A stretch of DNA of 64,000 bases from an uncultured virus (IMG/VR IMGVR_UViG_3300037847_005438) (taxonomy: Duplodnaviria; Heunggongvirae; Uroviricota; Caudoviricetes), in IMG/VR virus record IMGVR_UViG_3300037847_005438, positions 1 through 64,000 of that record, one strand, 5' to 3'. The notes beneath the pieces are model-generated. The model was not told the DNA's origin and did no database searches. It worked only from the letters and a program-made list of their open reading frames with translations. A program made the position numbers and the translations under genes. Shown here in pieces: positions 51,615 through 59,877 of this stretch (positions are counted from its first letter, which is position 1; every line of letters starts with the position of its first letter).

Positions 51615-52029
51615 TACCGTTATTTGCTTCTTTTTCCCAAGGAAAACCTTCGCTACCAGCTTCTTTTGCTACTCCATCTACTATAATCATATCTTTACCA
51701 TTAATAGTTTTTCTTGGATAAGTTACACCGTTATACTTTACAAAATCATCACCATAAGCTAATTTCCCTAATCTCATATCTGTAGAGTGACGCATTTCAT
51801 GATTTATTACTTGTCTTTCTTCTTCACTACCTGGTACTATTTTATCGCTAATATATATACTACCATCCATATTAGCTTCACCAAGTATTCCTTCTGCTAA
51901 TGGTTTTCTAATAACAGGTGTACCAGGTACAGACGCGTCACCTCCAGCCTCTTGACCAAAACGTAATTTGTTTTTTATTATACCACCTGAGGCATAATTA
52001 CTTTTACCTGTACCTAATTTAAAACCCAT
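51595..52029 (-). CDS. zincin-like metallopeptidase
   Basis: GEANMDGSIYI...INHEMRH...PWEKEA (HExxH plus distal Glu). Confidence 0.7.
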   Translation of the reverse strand: MGFKLGTGKSNYASGGIIKNKLRFGQEAGGDASVPGTPVIRKPLAEGILGEANMDGSIYISDKIVPGSEEERQVINHEMRHSTDMRLGKLAYGDDFVKYNGVTYPRKTINGKDMIIVDGVAKEAGSEGFPWEKEANNGNEHGSI

Positions 52030-52031
52030 AT

Positions 52032-52289
52032 TTATTTTTTAAATCTTTCTAAACCTTTTAAAGCTTCTTCTTCAGGTGTTGATTTTTTAGTTTCTTCTTT
52101 CTTTTTAGTTTCAGTTTTCTTATTATCTTCATTCATGCCAAAAAGATCTCTTATTACATTTACAGCGCCATATTTAGTTAAAGGATGACTAAATATACCT
52201 GTGCCTTTTATTGCGTCTTTTAAACCCATGAATTTAGCTATTGAAGGTTTATTACCTGATCTTAATTTAAAGCCACTATTTTTTTTCAT
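52032..52289 (-). CDS. basic protein with FKLRSGNKPSIAK tag
   Basis: Shares its N-terminal motif with 55386-55985 and 56012-56362. Confidence 0.7.
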   Translation of the reverse strand: MKKNSGFKLRSGNKPSIAKFMGLKDAIKGTGIFSHPLTKYGAVNVIRDLFGMNEDNKKTETKKKEETKKSTPEEEALKGLERFKK

Positions 52290-52726
52290 CTGTCTTTGTC
52301 TTTAATCATATCATCTATAGCTTTATTATAAACTTTATCTGTATATGATTTGTTATTATAAAAAATACTTCTTTCTGATGTAGGTAAATCTTCTTCACCC
52401 AAAAGTATTCTGTAAATTCTACTTATCATTTGAGAGCATTTAAAAGATGTTTTAAACACGGAGTACATTATGGTAGTTCTATTACGATGTCTCCAAGTAT
52501 CTATCCAACCATTTCTTCTTAATCTCTCCCATCTGTTTTTATCCCATGAATAAGTGTAAACTCCATCCATAAAATCTTTTCGTGTAAATCTTCCTTTACA
52601 ATCTAAATAAATTAATAATTCTAAATCTGCATCTTTTAACCCGTAAGTTTTACAGACCCACTTCCTAGTGAGCCTGTAATACTTAAGGATATTCATTTCA
52701 CGCAGATCCTGCGCGGTTAATCTCAA
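52286..52726 (-). CDS. putative winged-helix DNA-binding protein
   Basis: YGLKDADLELLIYLD...RLRRNGWI MarR-like pattern. Confidence 0.5.
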   Translation of the reverse strand: MRLTAQDLREMNILKYYRLTRKWVCKTYGLKDADLELLIYLDCKGRFTRKDFMDGVYTYSWDKNRWERLRRNGWIDTWRHRNRTTIMYSVFKTSFKCSQMISRIYRILLGEEDLPTSERSIFYNNKSYTDKVYNKAIDDMIKDKDR

Positions 52727-52732
52727 TTGTTA

Positions 52733-53143
52733 TTACGAGTTATCGTAAACAGCGTTGATTGTAATTGTACCACAAGACGTAATATCAGAAGATATATACT
52801 GAGTACCTCCAGCAGCGTCAGCAGCATCATCAGCAACTACAATAAAACCAGAGTTTAATCCAGCGTTCATAGCTCCAACAATAGCTTCTAATACTTCTTT
52901 ACCTTTATTAGCGTTGATATTAAGAACTACAGTATCACATAAAGGTAAGTTGTCAGCGTTATCTACAACTAAGCTGTTACCGTGATGATCTGGTCTTTTC
53001 AAGTTTTGAAAAAACAAAGTCATACTAGTATCACTAGTCATCTCACCACCTCTAAAGTGATCTGCTGGAAAGCAAGCTGAGTTTCCTGAGCCATCATCAT
53101 CTGCGACAGCAGCTTCTGTTCTAAAATACAAATAATTTTTCAT
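52733..53143 (-). CDS. hypothetical (possibly structural) protein
   Basis: Clean ORF with A-rich leader. Confidence 0.65.
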   Translation of the reverse strand: MKNYLYFRTEAAVADDDGSGNSACFPADHFRGGEMTSDTSMTLFFQNLKRPDHHGNSLVVDNADNLPLCDTVVLNINANKGKEVLEAIVGAMNAGLNSGFIVVADDAADAAGGTQYISSDITSCGTITINAVYDNS

Positions 53144-53211
53144 TTTTTTAGTTTTTTAATTAATAATTTGTTTTCGTTTTTCCGTTTAAGGTTTTTGGAT
53201 TATGGTTTTGG

Positions 53212-53469
53212 TTAATCTACTAAAACAACGTCACCATCACGAATAACTCTATAAAGAGTGTCTTTCCATGACATGTCGTGTCCAGCATGTTTATCGTAGT
53301 ATATCGTGTCACCATCTTTTAATCCTTCGACTAAATTACCACACGATATTATTTTTGCTTTTATATAACGATTGTCTACATCTGTATCATCCGTCATTAT
53401 AAGACCAGCAACCTTTTTAGGCTCTGTCTTTATTTTATCTACTATTATATATCTATTAATTGCCTTCAT
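53212..53469 (-). CDS. groES: co-chaperonin GroES
   Basis: MKAINRYIIV...AGLIM...LKDGDTIYY...VIRDGDVV; overlaps the groEL end. Confidence 0.8.
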   Translation of the reverse strand: MKAINRYIIVDKIKTEPKKVAGLIMTDDTDVDNRYIKAKIISCGNLVEGLKDGDTIYYDKHAGHDMSWKDTLYRVIRDGDVVLVD

Positions 53470-55018
53470 TCATCCTCATATTTGAAATTACACAATCTGC
53501 AGATATAATTGTTGAAACTACACTTACTGCGTTTTTAAGTGCAGACTTAGTTACAAGTACAGGGTCAATAATACCAGCTTCAATCATATCAGCTTCTTCA
53601 CCTGTTACAACGTCTACACCTAAACCTTTTTTTGGTCTTGGTTCTACTTGCTCTAAACCAGCATTTTCAAGTACAGTGTGAAAAGGTGCTGTAATAGCTT
53701 TAAATAGTATTTTTTCACCTACCGCGTCAGCGGTTAAATTTTGTGAAGCATTTAATAGTGCTACACCACCACCTGGCACTATACCTTCTTTAAGTGCAGC
53801 TTTAGTAGCATATATTGCATCTTCAACTCTATCTTTCTTTTCTTTCATCTCAACTTTAGAGTTAGCCCCTACTTTTACAATACCAACACTACCTGATAAC
53901 ATGGCTAATCTTTGTCGATGTTTCTTTTGTATAAACGGGTTTTTATCCCATTTGTCTATAGTTTTCTTAATACTCTCAATTCGCTCTTCCATTTGCTCTT
54001 CTGGAGTATCTATAGTTAACACAGTGTTTTTATCATCTGTAATAGCCGTATGCGCTTCACCTAAACAATCTATAGTTATAAGATCTAAATCATCACCTAA
54101 TTGTTCATTTATAACTTTAGCACCAACAAGAAAAGCTAAGTCTTCAACTGTATCTTGTTTAGTGGGACCAAAGCCTGGTAAGTCAACTATATTAACTTTT
54201 ATATTACCTTTTACTTTATTCATAAGAAGCGCAGCTTTAACCTGCTGTTCAACTGGAGCAACAATCAGTAATGATCTTTTGTTTTTTATTACATGCTCTA
54301 ATATTGTTTGTATTCTTCTTATGTTTGGTATTTCTGAACTAACGATTAATACTAACGGATTATCAAGTTCACAAACTTGTTTATCTTTATCAGTAACGAA
54401 ATGTGGTGATGTAAGTCCTGAATCTATTTGTACACCATCTACAACTTCAACATATGTCTCTTCAGTTGGTGACTCTTCCATTAATACCACACCATCTTTA
54501 CCTACTTTAGTATAAGCTTCTGCTATAATCTTTCCTAGCTCTGCATCATTATTACAACTAATTGAACTAACAGATTCCAGCATATCGCCCTCGATCTTGA
54601 CAGAAATCTTATTTAGGTAATCATTTACCTTTTTAAGACCGGAGTTTATCCCATCTTTTATTGTTCTAATAGCTTCATTGCTATTATTTACTTCTTTTAA
54701 CAAAGATTCAGCAAGGACGGTAGCTGTAGTAGTACCGTCACCTGCTTCTCTTACTGTATTTCTTGCAGCTTCTTTAATAAGGGTAGCCCCCATATTTTCA
54801 ACCGGGTCAAATAAGACAACAGATTCTGCTACTGTTACACCGTCTTTAGTTATGACCGGGAGTCCTCTGGCGTCTTCGTAAATCACGCACTTTCCAGATG
54901 CTCCTAAGGTTGATTTTACTGCTTTTGCGAGCTTTTCTACGCCCGTAATTACCTTTTTTTTAGCAAAATCGCCAAAATTCACGTCTTTGACAATCTCGCT
55001 AGGCTGATTGTATTCCAT
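53456..55018 (-). CDS. groEL: chaperonin GroEL
   Basis: ITKDGVTVA, AGDGTTTATVLA, GIVPGGGVAL, GIIDPVLV; lacks the GGM tail. Confidence 0.97.
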   Translation of the reverse strand: MEYNQPSEIVKDVNFGDFAKKKVITGVEKLAKAVKSTLGASGKCVIYEDARGLPVITKDGVTVAESVVLFDPVENMGATLIKEAARNTVREAGDGTTTATVLAESLLKEVNNSNEAIRTIKDGINSGLKKVNDYLNKISVKIEGDMLESVSSISCNNDAELGKIIAEAYTKVGKDGVVLMEESPTEETYVEVVDGVQIDSGLTSPHFVTDKDKQVCELDNPLVLIVSSEIPNIRRIQTILEHVIKNKRSLLIVAPVEQQVKAALLMNKVKGNIKVNIVDLPGFGPTKQDTVEDLAFLVGAKVINEQLGDDLDLITIDCLGEAHTAITDDKNTVLTIDTPEEQMEERIESIKKTIDKWDKNPFIQKKHRQRLAMLSGSVGIVKVGANSKVEMKEKKDRVEDAIYATKAALKEGIVPGGGVALLNASQNLTADAVGEKILFKAITAPFHTVLENAGLEQVEPRPKKGLGVDVVTGEEADMIEAGIIDPVLVTKSALKNAVSVVSTIISADCVISNMRMNEGN

Positions 55019-55047
55019 ATTTGATTAAATTTAATTAAATTGTACTT

Positions 55048-55341
55048 CTATTTGAATGTTTTTACTACTTTTGGCCCTTTTGTAGCCTCTAATTTCTTTG
55101 AGAAATGGTCGATGCTTCCGTCAATTGCTGCTTCGGCACCTTCTATGGTCTCTCTACGTGTAACATCGTGCCAATTTTTATCATTATCTGGATCATTTAC
55201 TTCAGTTTGATAAAAACCGTTAGGTAACTGTGTAATTCTCCAGTTACTTTTGTCAGCTAGATGCGTCCATTGGTTAATAGTTTTTTCATTCGGTTTAACA
55301 TTGCTAGTCATTGTACTAGTCTTGTAGTATAAATAAGTCAT
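55048..55341 (-). CDS. hypothetical protein
   Basis: WRITQLPNGFYQTE...DVTRRETIEGAE; clean ORF. Confidence 0.7.
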   Translation of the reverse strand: MTYLYYKTSTMTSNVKPNEKTINQWTHLADKSNWRITQLPNGFYQTEVNDPDNDKNWHDVTRRETIEGAEAAIDGSIDHFSKKLEATKGPKVVKTFK

Positions 55342-55385
55342 TTTGGTTTTATTTTTGGTTAATAACTTGGTTGCAGGGTCTTTCC

Positions 55386-55985
55386 CTATTTTTTCTTTTT
55401 ATATTTTCTTTTTGTAATTGGGGTCATATCTAAGTTTTTACCTTTATAATCACTAATAAATAAATTATGAATTGCTCGTTTTCCAGCTTCAGTTTTTGGT
55501 GTTTCCCAATCATCACTTCCAGGTCTTTGGAATTGGTAGCCTTCAAGGGCCCCAGCAGCAACAGTCCTGTCTCTATACTTAAACTTATCACCTTTTTTAC
55601 CTGAAAAAGTGTAGTAATAACCTTTTGATTTTTGTTTAGAAGCGTCTGTAGACTTTTTAACTTCAGGCGTCTTTATTTTTGTTTCTTTAATTTCAGAAGG
55701 TTTTTTAACATCTTTGTTCTTTCTTTTAAACTTGTTAAACTCTTTCCTCATTCGAGTTCTTTCTTGAAACTTAGATTCACCTCTTCTAGTTCTAGCGATC
55801 TTATCCTCCATATCTTGCTTTATATTGATCCTGCTTTCACTTTGTCTTTTTTCTTTAAAGTCTTTAGCTTTTTGACCAATGTCTTGTAATTTTCCAAATA
55901 AATCTTTAAGACCTGCTAATTTAGCAATAGAAGGTTTATTTCCAGATTTTAGTTTAAATGCTGATTTTTTATTTCCTGGTTCCAT
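55386..55985 (-). CDS. basic protein with FKLKSGNKPSIAK tag
   Basis: Shared N-terminal motif; Lys-rich. Confidence 0.7.
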   Translation of the reverse strand: MEPGNKKSAFKLKSGNKPSIAKLAGLKDLFGKLQDIGQKAKDFKEKRQSESRINIKQDMEDKIARTRRGESKFQERTRMRKEFNKFKRKNKDVKKPSEIKETKIKTPEVKKSTDASKQKSKGYYYTFSGKKGDKFKYRDRTVAAGALEGYQFQRPGSDDWETPKTEAGKRAIHNLFISDYKGKNLDMTPITKRKYKKKK

Positions 55986-56011
55986 ATTATTTTTTTATTA
56001 GGATAATTTTT

Positions 56012-56362
56012 TTATCTTAATGGAAAATTTCTAAACTCATACTTTCCTCTTTCTTCATTCCATCTAACTTCTAGCGTTTTATCGTTAATTCTGTCTAAAA
56101 TACGATTTCGCTCTTTTTTACTCATTTTATGTAGACCAAGATCTTCTTTTTGCAGCATATCTCTTGTTGGTCCTGGTGGTGGCTGACTTTTTCCTTTATA
56201 ATTTCTTCTATTCTTATCTTTAGTTGCAATAATATTTGCTTGATCAACTCTTGTTTTGTCTTGAGCTGCAGGAATAGGGTCTATTTTCATAGGAGATACA
56301 CCTGATAGCTTTGCTATAGAAGGTTTGTTTCCTGATTTTAATTTAAACGGTCCTTTTTTCAT
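56012..56362 (-). CDS. basic protein with FKLKSGNKPSIAK tag
   Basis: Start reassigned to MKKGPFKLKSGNKPSIAK. Confidence 0.7.
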   Translation of the reverse strand: MKKGPFKLKSGNKPSIAKLSGVSPMKIDPIPAAQDKTRVDQANIIATKDKNRRNYKGKSQPPPGPTRDMLQKEDLGLHKMSKKERNRILDRINDKTLEVRWNEERGKYEFRNFPLR

Positions 56363-56363
56363 G

Positions 56364-56600
56364 TTATTTTTCTTTTTTAGTACCTTTACCGTCATTGCCT
56401 CGGTTAGCTTTAACCGACTTGAACTTACGGTCTTTATGGTCGTAGTCTTTATTTTTTATGTTTTTACCTGCTTTTTTGGCAGCACGCCTCTTACGCTGGT
56501 TCTCTGCTTTTTTCTTACGTCTATCCTCTGTCATAGCCGCACGTTTATCACGAGCCGCCTTCATTCGCTTTGCAGTGGGTGTAAGTTTTTGTTTTGCCAT
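56364..56600 (-). CDS. basic protein with minimal HNH-like motif
   Basis: KDYDHKD...SVKANRG; first gene of the late block. Confidence 0.5.
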   Translation of the reverse strand: MAKQKLTPTAKRMKAARDKRAAMTEDRRKKKAENQRKRRAAKKAGKNIKNKDYDHKDRKFKSVKANRGNDGKGTKKEK

Positions 56601-56605
56601 ATCTC

Positions 56606-56633
56606 TATTATTACATAGTAATAAAGTAATTTA
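56606..56633 (-). promoter_or_regulatory. putative late promoter motif TAAA-N15-GTAATAATA
   Basis: Heads the whole minus-strand block; same spacing as two other copies. Confidence 0.55.
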
Positions 56634-56661
56634 CACTTGTTTTTAGGATATTATAAATATT

Positions 56662-56757
56662 GGGGTATAGTGCTGCGCCCCCCTCCCGGGGACCCGGCTC
56701 CCCCCAAAAATGATTTGCGAAAGCCCCACGGGCCCCTACGGCCAGTGATTTGCCGTA
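56662..56757. other. GC-rich non-coding island at the divergent strand switch (candidate genome end/packaging site or origin)
   Basis: C-tracts, TGATTTGC twice, TACGGC/GCCGTA hairpin in an otherwise AT-rich genome. Confidence 0.55.
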
Positions 56758-56883
56758 AACTTTTTACGTTTTGCTGGCTAGCCCCTATATACTAAATGTT
56801 TTTTTACACAAACTAGTTTAGTGTACAGTTAGATAATATATATGTAACTAAAATAAAATATTAACTAACTAAATAATTAAATT

Positions 56884-57102
56884 ATGGAAACTAAAAGATT
56901 CGTTATCAGAAAAACATTAATCGGAAAGAATACAATAATAACTTTCGTTAATAAGAAAAAAGAAACAGTGAAGTATAATCATGATGAAGTATACAATGCT
57001 CACAAAGAAAGATTCGACAACATGAACTGTTTCGCAAAGTATAAAAGTTATACTAATAGTAATGCGATGCCAGCATTCTGCCGCGACTTACAAATAAAGT
57101 AA
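56884..57102 (+). CDS. early protein, paralogue A
   Basis: KRFVIRKTLIGKN...YNHDEVY...KYKSYT; paralogous to 57752-57982. Confidence 0.8.
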   Translation: METKRFVIRKTLIGKNTIITFVNKKKETVKYNHDEVYNAHKERFDNMNCFAKYKSYTNSNAMPAFCRDLQIK

Positions 57103-57212
57103 GTCAAGGCAACGCACTTGAAAAAGCAAGTGTGTATAGCACTTGTGTATAGCAACGTCACTCGTACACAAACTTAATTAGACCACCATCAGATAATATA
57201 TGTGAATATAAA

Positions 57213-57386
57213 ATGAAAACTATGAAGATAGAATTATACAATCATCAGAATGAATTAATTGGAATATTACTAGAATTTCCATTTGAAGAAACTAATCAAG
57301 AACTTGAAGAATTAATAGTAGATTATATTAATGAAAATACTGATGTTGAAGAAAATGAAATTGATTACTATAAAATTGTAGAGTAA
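57213..57386 (+). CDS. 57-aa highly acidic early protein (absent from ORF track)
   Basis: MKTMKIELYNHQNELIGILLEFPFEETNQELEELIVDYINENTDVEENEIDYYKIVE; lies between motif copies 2 and 3. Confidence 0.7.
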   Translation: MKTMKIELYNHQNELIGILLEFPFEETNQELEELIVDYINENTDVEENEIDYYKIVE

Positions 57387-57443
57387 TCACAAACTAAATA
57401 AGTCACTCGTCAGATAATATATATGAACTTAAAATAATAAATT

Positions 57444-57632
57444 ATGTCGAGAAATAAAATAATAGAAGAAACAGTAGAAACTATAATAGATAATATAGAA
57501 GAGAAATTAGTAGAATATATGTTTGACCTTGGTGACTACTCAGAAACTAATAATAAATTTTATAAAGATAAAGAAGAATTAACTAACTTAGTAATAAAAG
57601 AATTATACAATAGAGTAAGAGAAGTAGAATAG
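57444..57632 (+). CDS. acidic early hypothetical protein
   Basis: ORF directly after motif copy 3. Confidence 0.7.
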   Translation: MSRNKIIEETVETIIDNIEEKLVEYMFDLGDYSETNNKFYKDKEELTNLVIKELYNRVREVE

Positions 57633-57751
57633 TACCTCTATACTAAAAATATCAAGTAAACAAAGTATATACTTTTCACAAACTAAAATCGATGTAAGTA
57701 AGATAATATAAATGTAAAAACAAATAACTAACTAAATAAAATTAAGAAATT

Positions 57752-57982
57752 ATGGAAAATGTATTAAAAAGTAAAAGATTCGTAGTAAGAAAGTCATTAA
57801 TTGGTAAAAATCAAGTAATAGTATTTACTAACAAAAAAGGTGATGAAGTAACCTATAACCATGATAAAGTATATGAAATCATGAAAGAAAAATTAACTAC
57901 TCTACCATGTTGGGAAAAATATAAGTCATACACAGCGACTAATAACATACCAACTATATGTAGAAACAAAGAACTAATTTAG
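57752..57982 (+). CDS. early protein, paralogue B
   Basis: KRFVVRKSLIGKN...YNHDKVY...KYKSYT. Confidence 0.8.
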   Translation: MENVLKSKRFVVRKSLIGKNQVIVFTNKKGDEVTYNHDKVYEIMKEKLTTLPCWEKYKSYTATNNIPTICRNKELI

Positions 57983-57993
57983 TTAGTTAGACT

Positions 57994-58069
57994 AGTCGAG
58001 GTGTGCACTTACGGTACTAATAATAGTATCTTGGACGGAAACGGTAATTAGTGTACACCTCTACTTTTT
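57994..58069 (+). terminator. branched stem-loop, terminator or small structured RNA
   Basis: 12-bp stem GAGGTGTGCACT/AGTGTACACCTC enclosing hairpin GGTACTA-ATAA-TAGTATC; followed by a T-run. Confidence 0.55.
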
Positions 58070-58075
58070 ACAAAG

Positions 58076-58123
58076 TGTGACATTAGGTAGTTAATATAAC
58101 TAGAGTAACAGGCAATTGTCACA
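58076..58123. repeat. TGTGACA...TAACTAGAGTAAYAGGC...TGTCACA element, copy 1
   Basis: Inverted ends plus a conserved core shared with 63192-63237. Confidence 0.75.
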
Positions 58124-58163
58124 AATTAAATTAAACAATAGTAAGATAATATAAATAAAAATT

Positions 58164-58352
58164 ATGAAATATATAACAGTGTTAGATTTTGAAGATGGTA
58201 GAATATACCAATATGATATAGGTTTTCAAGTAAACAAACTTGGTTGGAATCCTGATAGTGAATCGTGTGAAGGTTATTTAGTAAATAAAGGTCATAATTT
58301 AAGTAACTGTGAGTGGATGGTTCATAAAGATAGACAAGTAATAACAAAGTAA
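58164..58352 (+). CDS. early hypothetical protein
   Basis: ORF after motif copy 5. Confidence 0.7.
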   Translation: MKYITVLDFEDGRIYQYDIGFQVNKLGWNPDSESCEGYLVNKGHNLSNCEWMVHKDRQVITK

Positions 58353-58353
58353 T

Positions 58354-58548
58354 ATGAAGATAGATTTTGATAAAGTAGAGGTATTAGAAGTAAGTAATAT
58401 AAATCAATGTGACTACCCAGAGTATTGTGACGCTTACATATCAGAGGCGAACTACAATGGTAAAACAATGAGTGATGAGATGTTAGATGAGATAAATGAT
58501 AACTATCCTGACTTTGTATACATACAAGTAATGGAACAAATAAACTAA
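58354..58548 (+). CDS. acidic early hypothetical protein
   Basis: DYPEYCDAYISEANYNGKTMSDEMLDEIND. Confidence 0.7.
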   Translation: MKIDFDKVEVLEVSNINQCDYPEYCDAYISEANYNGKTMSDEMLDEINDNYPDFVYIQVMEQIN

Positions 58549-58551
58549 ACT

Positions 58552-58803
58552 ATGAAAAAAAGAAATTATATACTAACCTTAGTTGACTATGGTTATAAAG
58601 TTGAAGCGTGGGATGATTATGGTAAATATGTGTGTGTCTATGAAAAAACTCGTGAAGCAGCAAGTGAATTTATAATGAACTGGTGGGAAATGTCAAAGCA
58701 AAACAAAAAAAGTGATGACAACTGGAATAAAGCAATGCTAAAAATGATAGAGTTAGACAAAAAGTATGGTATTAATAAAGATAATAGAGACGGACTAGAT
58801 TAA
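58552..58803 (+). CDS. early hypothetical protein
   Basis: Closely packed ORF. Confidence 0.65.
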   Translation: MKKRNYILTLVDYGYKVEAWDDYGKYVCVYEKTREAASEFIMNWWEMSKQNKKSDDNWNKAMLKMIELDKKYGINKDNRDGLD

Positions 58804-58804
58804 A

Positions 58805-59029
58805 GTGTTAAACAAAATAATAAATAAAATGGTAAAAATAGTAGAAAAAAACGTAGCAGAATTAATAATAGTTTCATTAATATTACTAGTGTTTCTAACA
58901 AGTTGTGGAACCGCTAAACAAATACAAGAAGAACCAATGAAAGAGTGTTGTAAGAAAACTGCACAAGCGGTATATGAATATGAAGGATGGGTGGTAAGTG
59001 ATTGTGAAAACTGTGACGAAATAGACTAA
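58805..59029 (+). CDS. putative lipoprotein
   Basis: Hydrophobic stretch then lipobox LTSC-G; Cys-rich C-terminus. Confidence 0.6.
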   Translation: MLNKIINKMVKIVEKNVAELIIVSLILLVFLTSCGTAKQIQEEPMKECCKKTAQAVYEYEGWVVSDCENCDEID

Positions 59030-59100
59030 TGGGAGCGTGGATAATATTAATAATACTATCGGCAATGGTTTTAAGCTATTTTGGTAGTGAGTACGAGTAA
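59029..59100 (+). CDS. 23-aa membrane peptide (absent from ORF track)
   Basis: MGAWIILIILSAMVLSYFGSEYE; TAATG-coupled; stop lies 2 nt before motif copy 6. Confidence 0.45.
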   Translation: MGAWIILIILSAMVLSYFGSEYE

Positions 59101-59161
59101 AACACAAATTAAATTTGACAACAGTAAGATAATAAATGTGTAACAAATAAAATAACTAACT

Positions 59162-59332
59162 ATGAACAAAATTAAATTTTTAAAGCAAGACAAAATTAGA
59201 TTAAATGGTATAACTTACAAGCCTTATACTATATGCCAACTACCTGAAAGATTTGGCTTAGTAGATAATGATGGCTACTCATACTTTACTGAGTGGTTCA
59301 ATTACAAAGGTTTTACTTACATAGCAGAATAA
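59162..59332 (+). CDS. 56-aa early protein (absent from ORF track)
   Basis: MNKIKFLKQDKIRLNGITYKPYTICQLPERFG...EWFNYKGFTYIAE; follows motif copy 6. Confidence 0.7.
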   Translation: MNKIKFLKQDKIRLNGITYKPYTICQLPERFGLVDNDGYSYFTEWFNYKGFTYIAE

Positions 59333-59333
59333 T

Positions 59334-59543
59334 ATGAAGTGTAAGTGTAATAATATAATACCTCAAGGCCGAGTTAATCTTGGATTCAAAGTATGCGTAG
59401 ACTGCTCTACGACCGAAGCATATGGTTGTGCTCCAATTATAAACCATAAAACCGGTAATTCCATACAGATTATGTCAAGCAGTGACGCTGCTCGCATATC
59501 CAAGATAACTCAGCGTAGAGGTTATGGTACAATGTTAGGTTAA
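59334..59543 (+). CDS. DksA/TraR-like C4 zinc-finger protein
   Basis: CKCNNIIPQGRVNLGFKVCVDCS. Confidence 0.6.
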   Translation: MKCKCNNIIPQGRVNLGFKVCVDCSTTEAYGCAPIINHKTGNSIQIMSSSDAARISKITQRRGYGTMLG

Positions 59544-59589
59544 CACAAATTAAATTAAATTAGTAACAGATAATATAATAAAATCAAAT

Positions 59590-59877
59590 ATGAAAAAACT
59601 AACTAAACAAAAAGTAAAACAGTATTTCTCTTACAGGTCAGATGATAAATTACTACATTGTCCTGAAGCAATTGCCAACGCTTGTAATAGTATGGCTGAT
59701 GATTTTAGTAATCACGAGTTTGCTGATGTTGATGCACTAGATCTTATGAGGTTATTACTACTTAACACAGCGTTAAATGGTAAAGGTATACCAACACATA
59801 GTTATGGTTTTCATACAGCAACAGGTCGAGCAATTATTAATAAACTACAAATGAAATATTATGAGTATAAAAAATAA
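59590..59877 (+). CDS. early hypothetical protein
   Basis: ORF after motif copy 7. Confidence 0.65.
   Translation: MKKLTKQKVKQYFSYRSDDKLLHCPEAIANACNSMADDFSNHEFADVDALDLMRLLLLNTALNGKGIPTHSYGFHTATGRAIINKLQMKYYEYKK

Noticed and set aside
53460..54881. + strand ORFs within groEL, and similar ones at 18534-19094, 22788-23207, 42606-42890 and 8961-9368
   Set aside because: Antisense shadows of well-supported minus-strand genes
57113..57154. Short hairpin GCACTTG/CAAGTGT and tandem TGTGTATAGCA
   Set aside because: Too short to interpret beyond a possible weak terminator or local duplication
57994..58069. Hammerhead ribozyme
   Set aside because: GAAAC is present but there is no CUGANGA core on either strand
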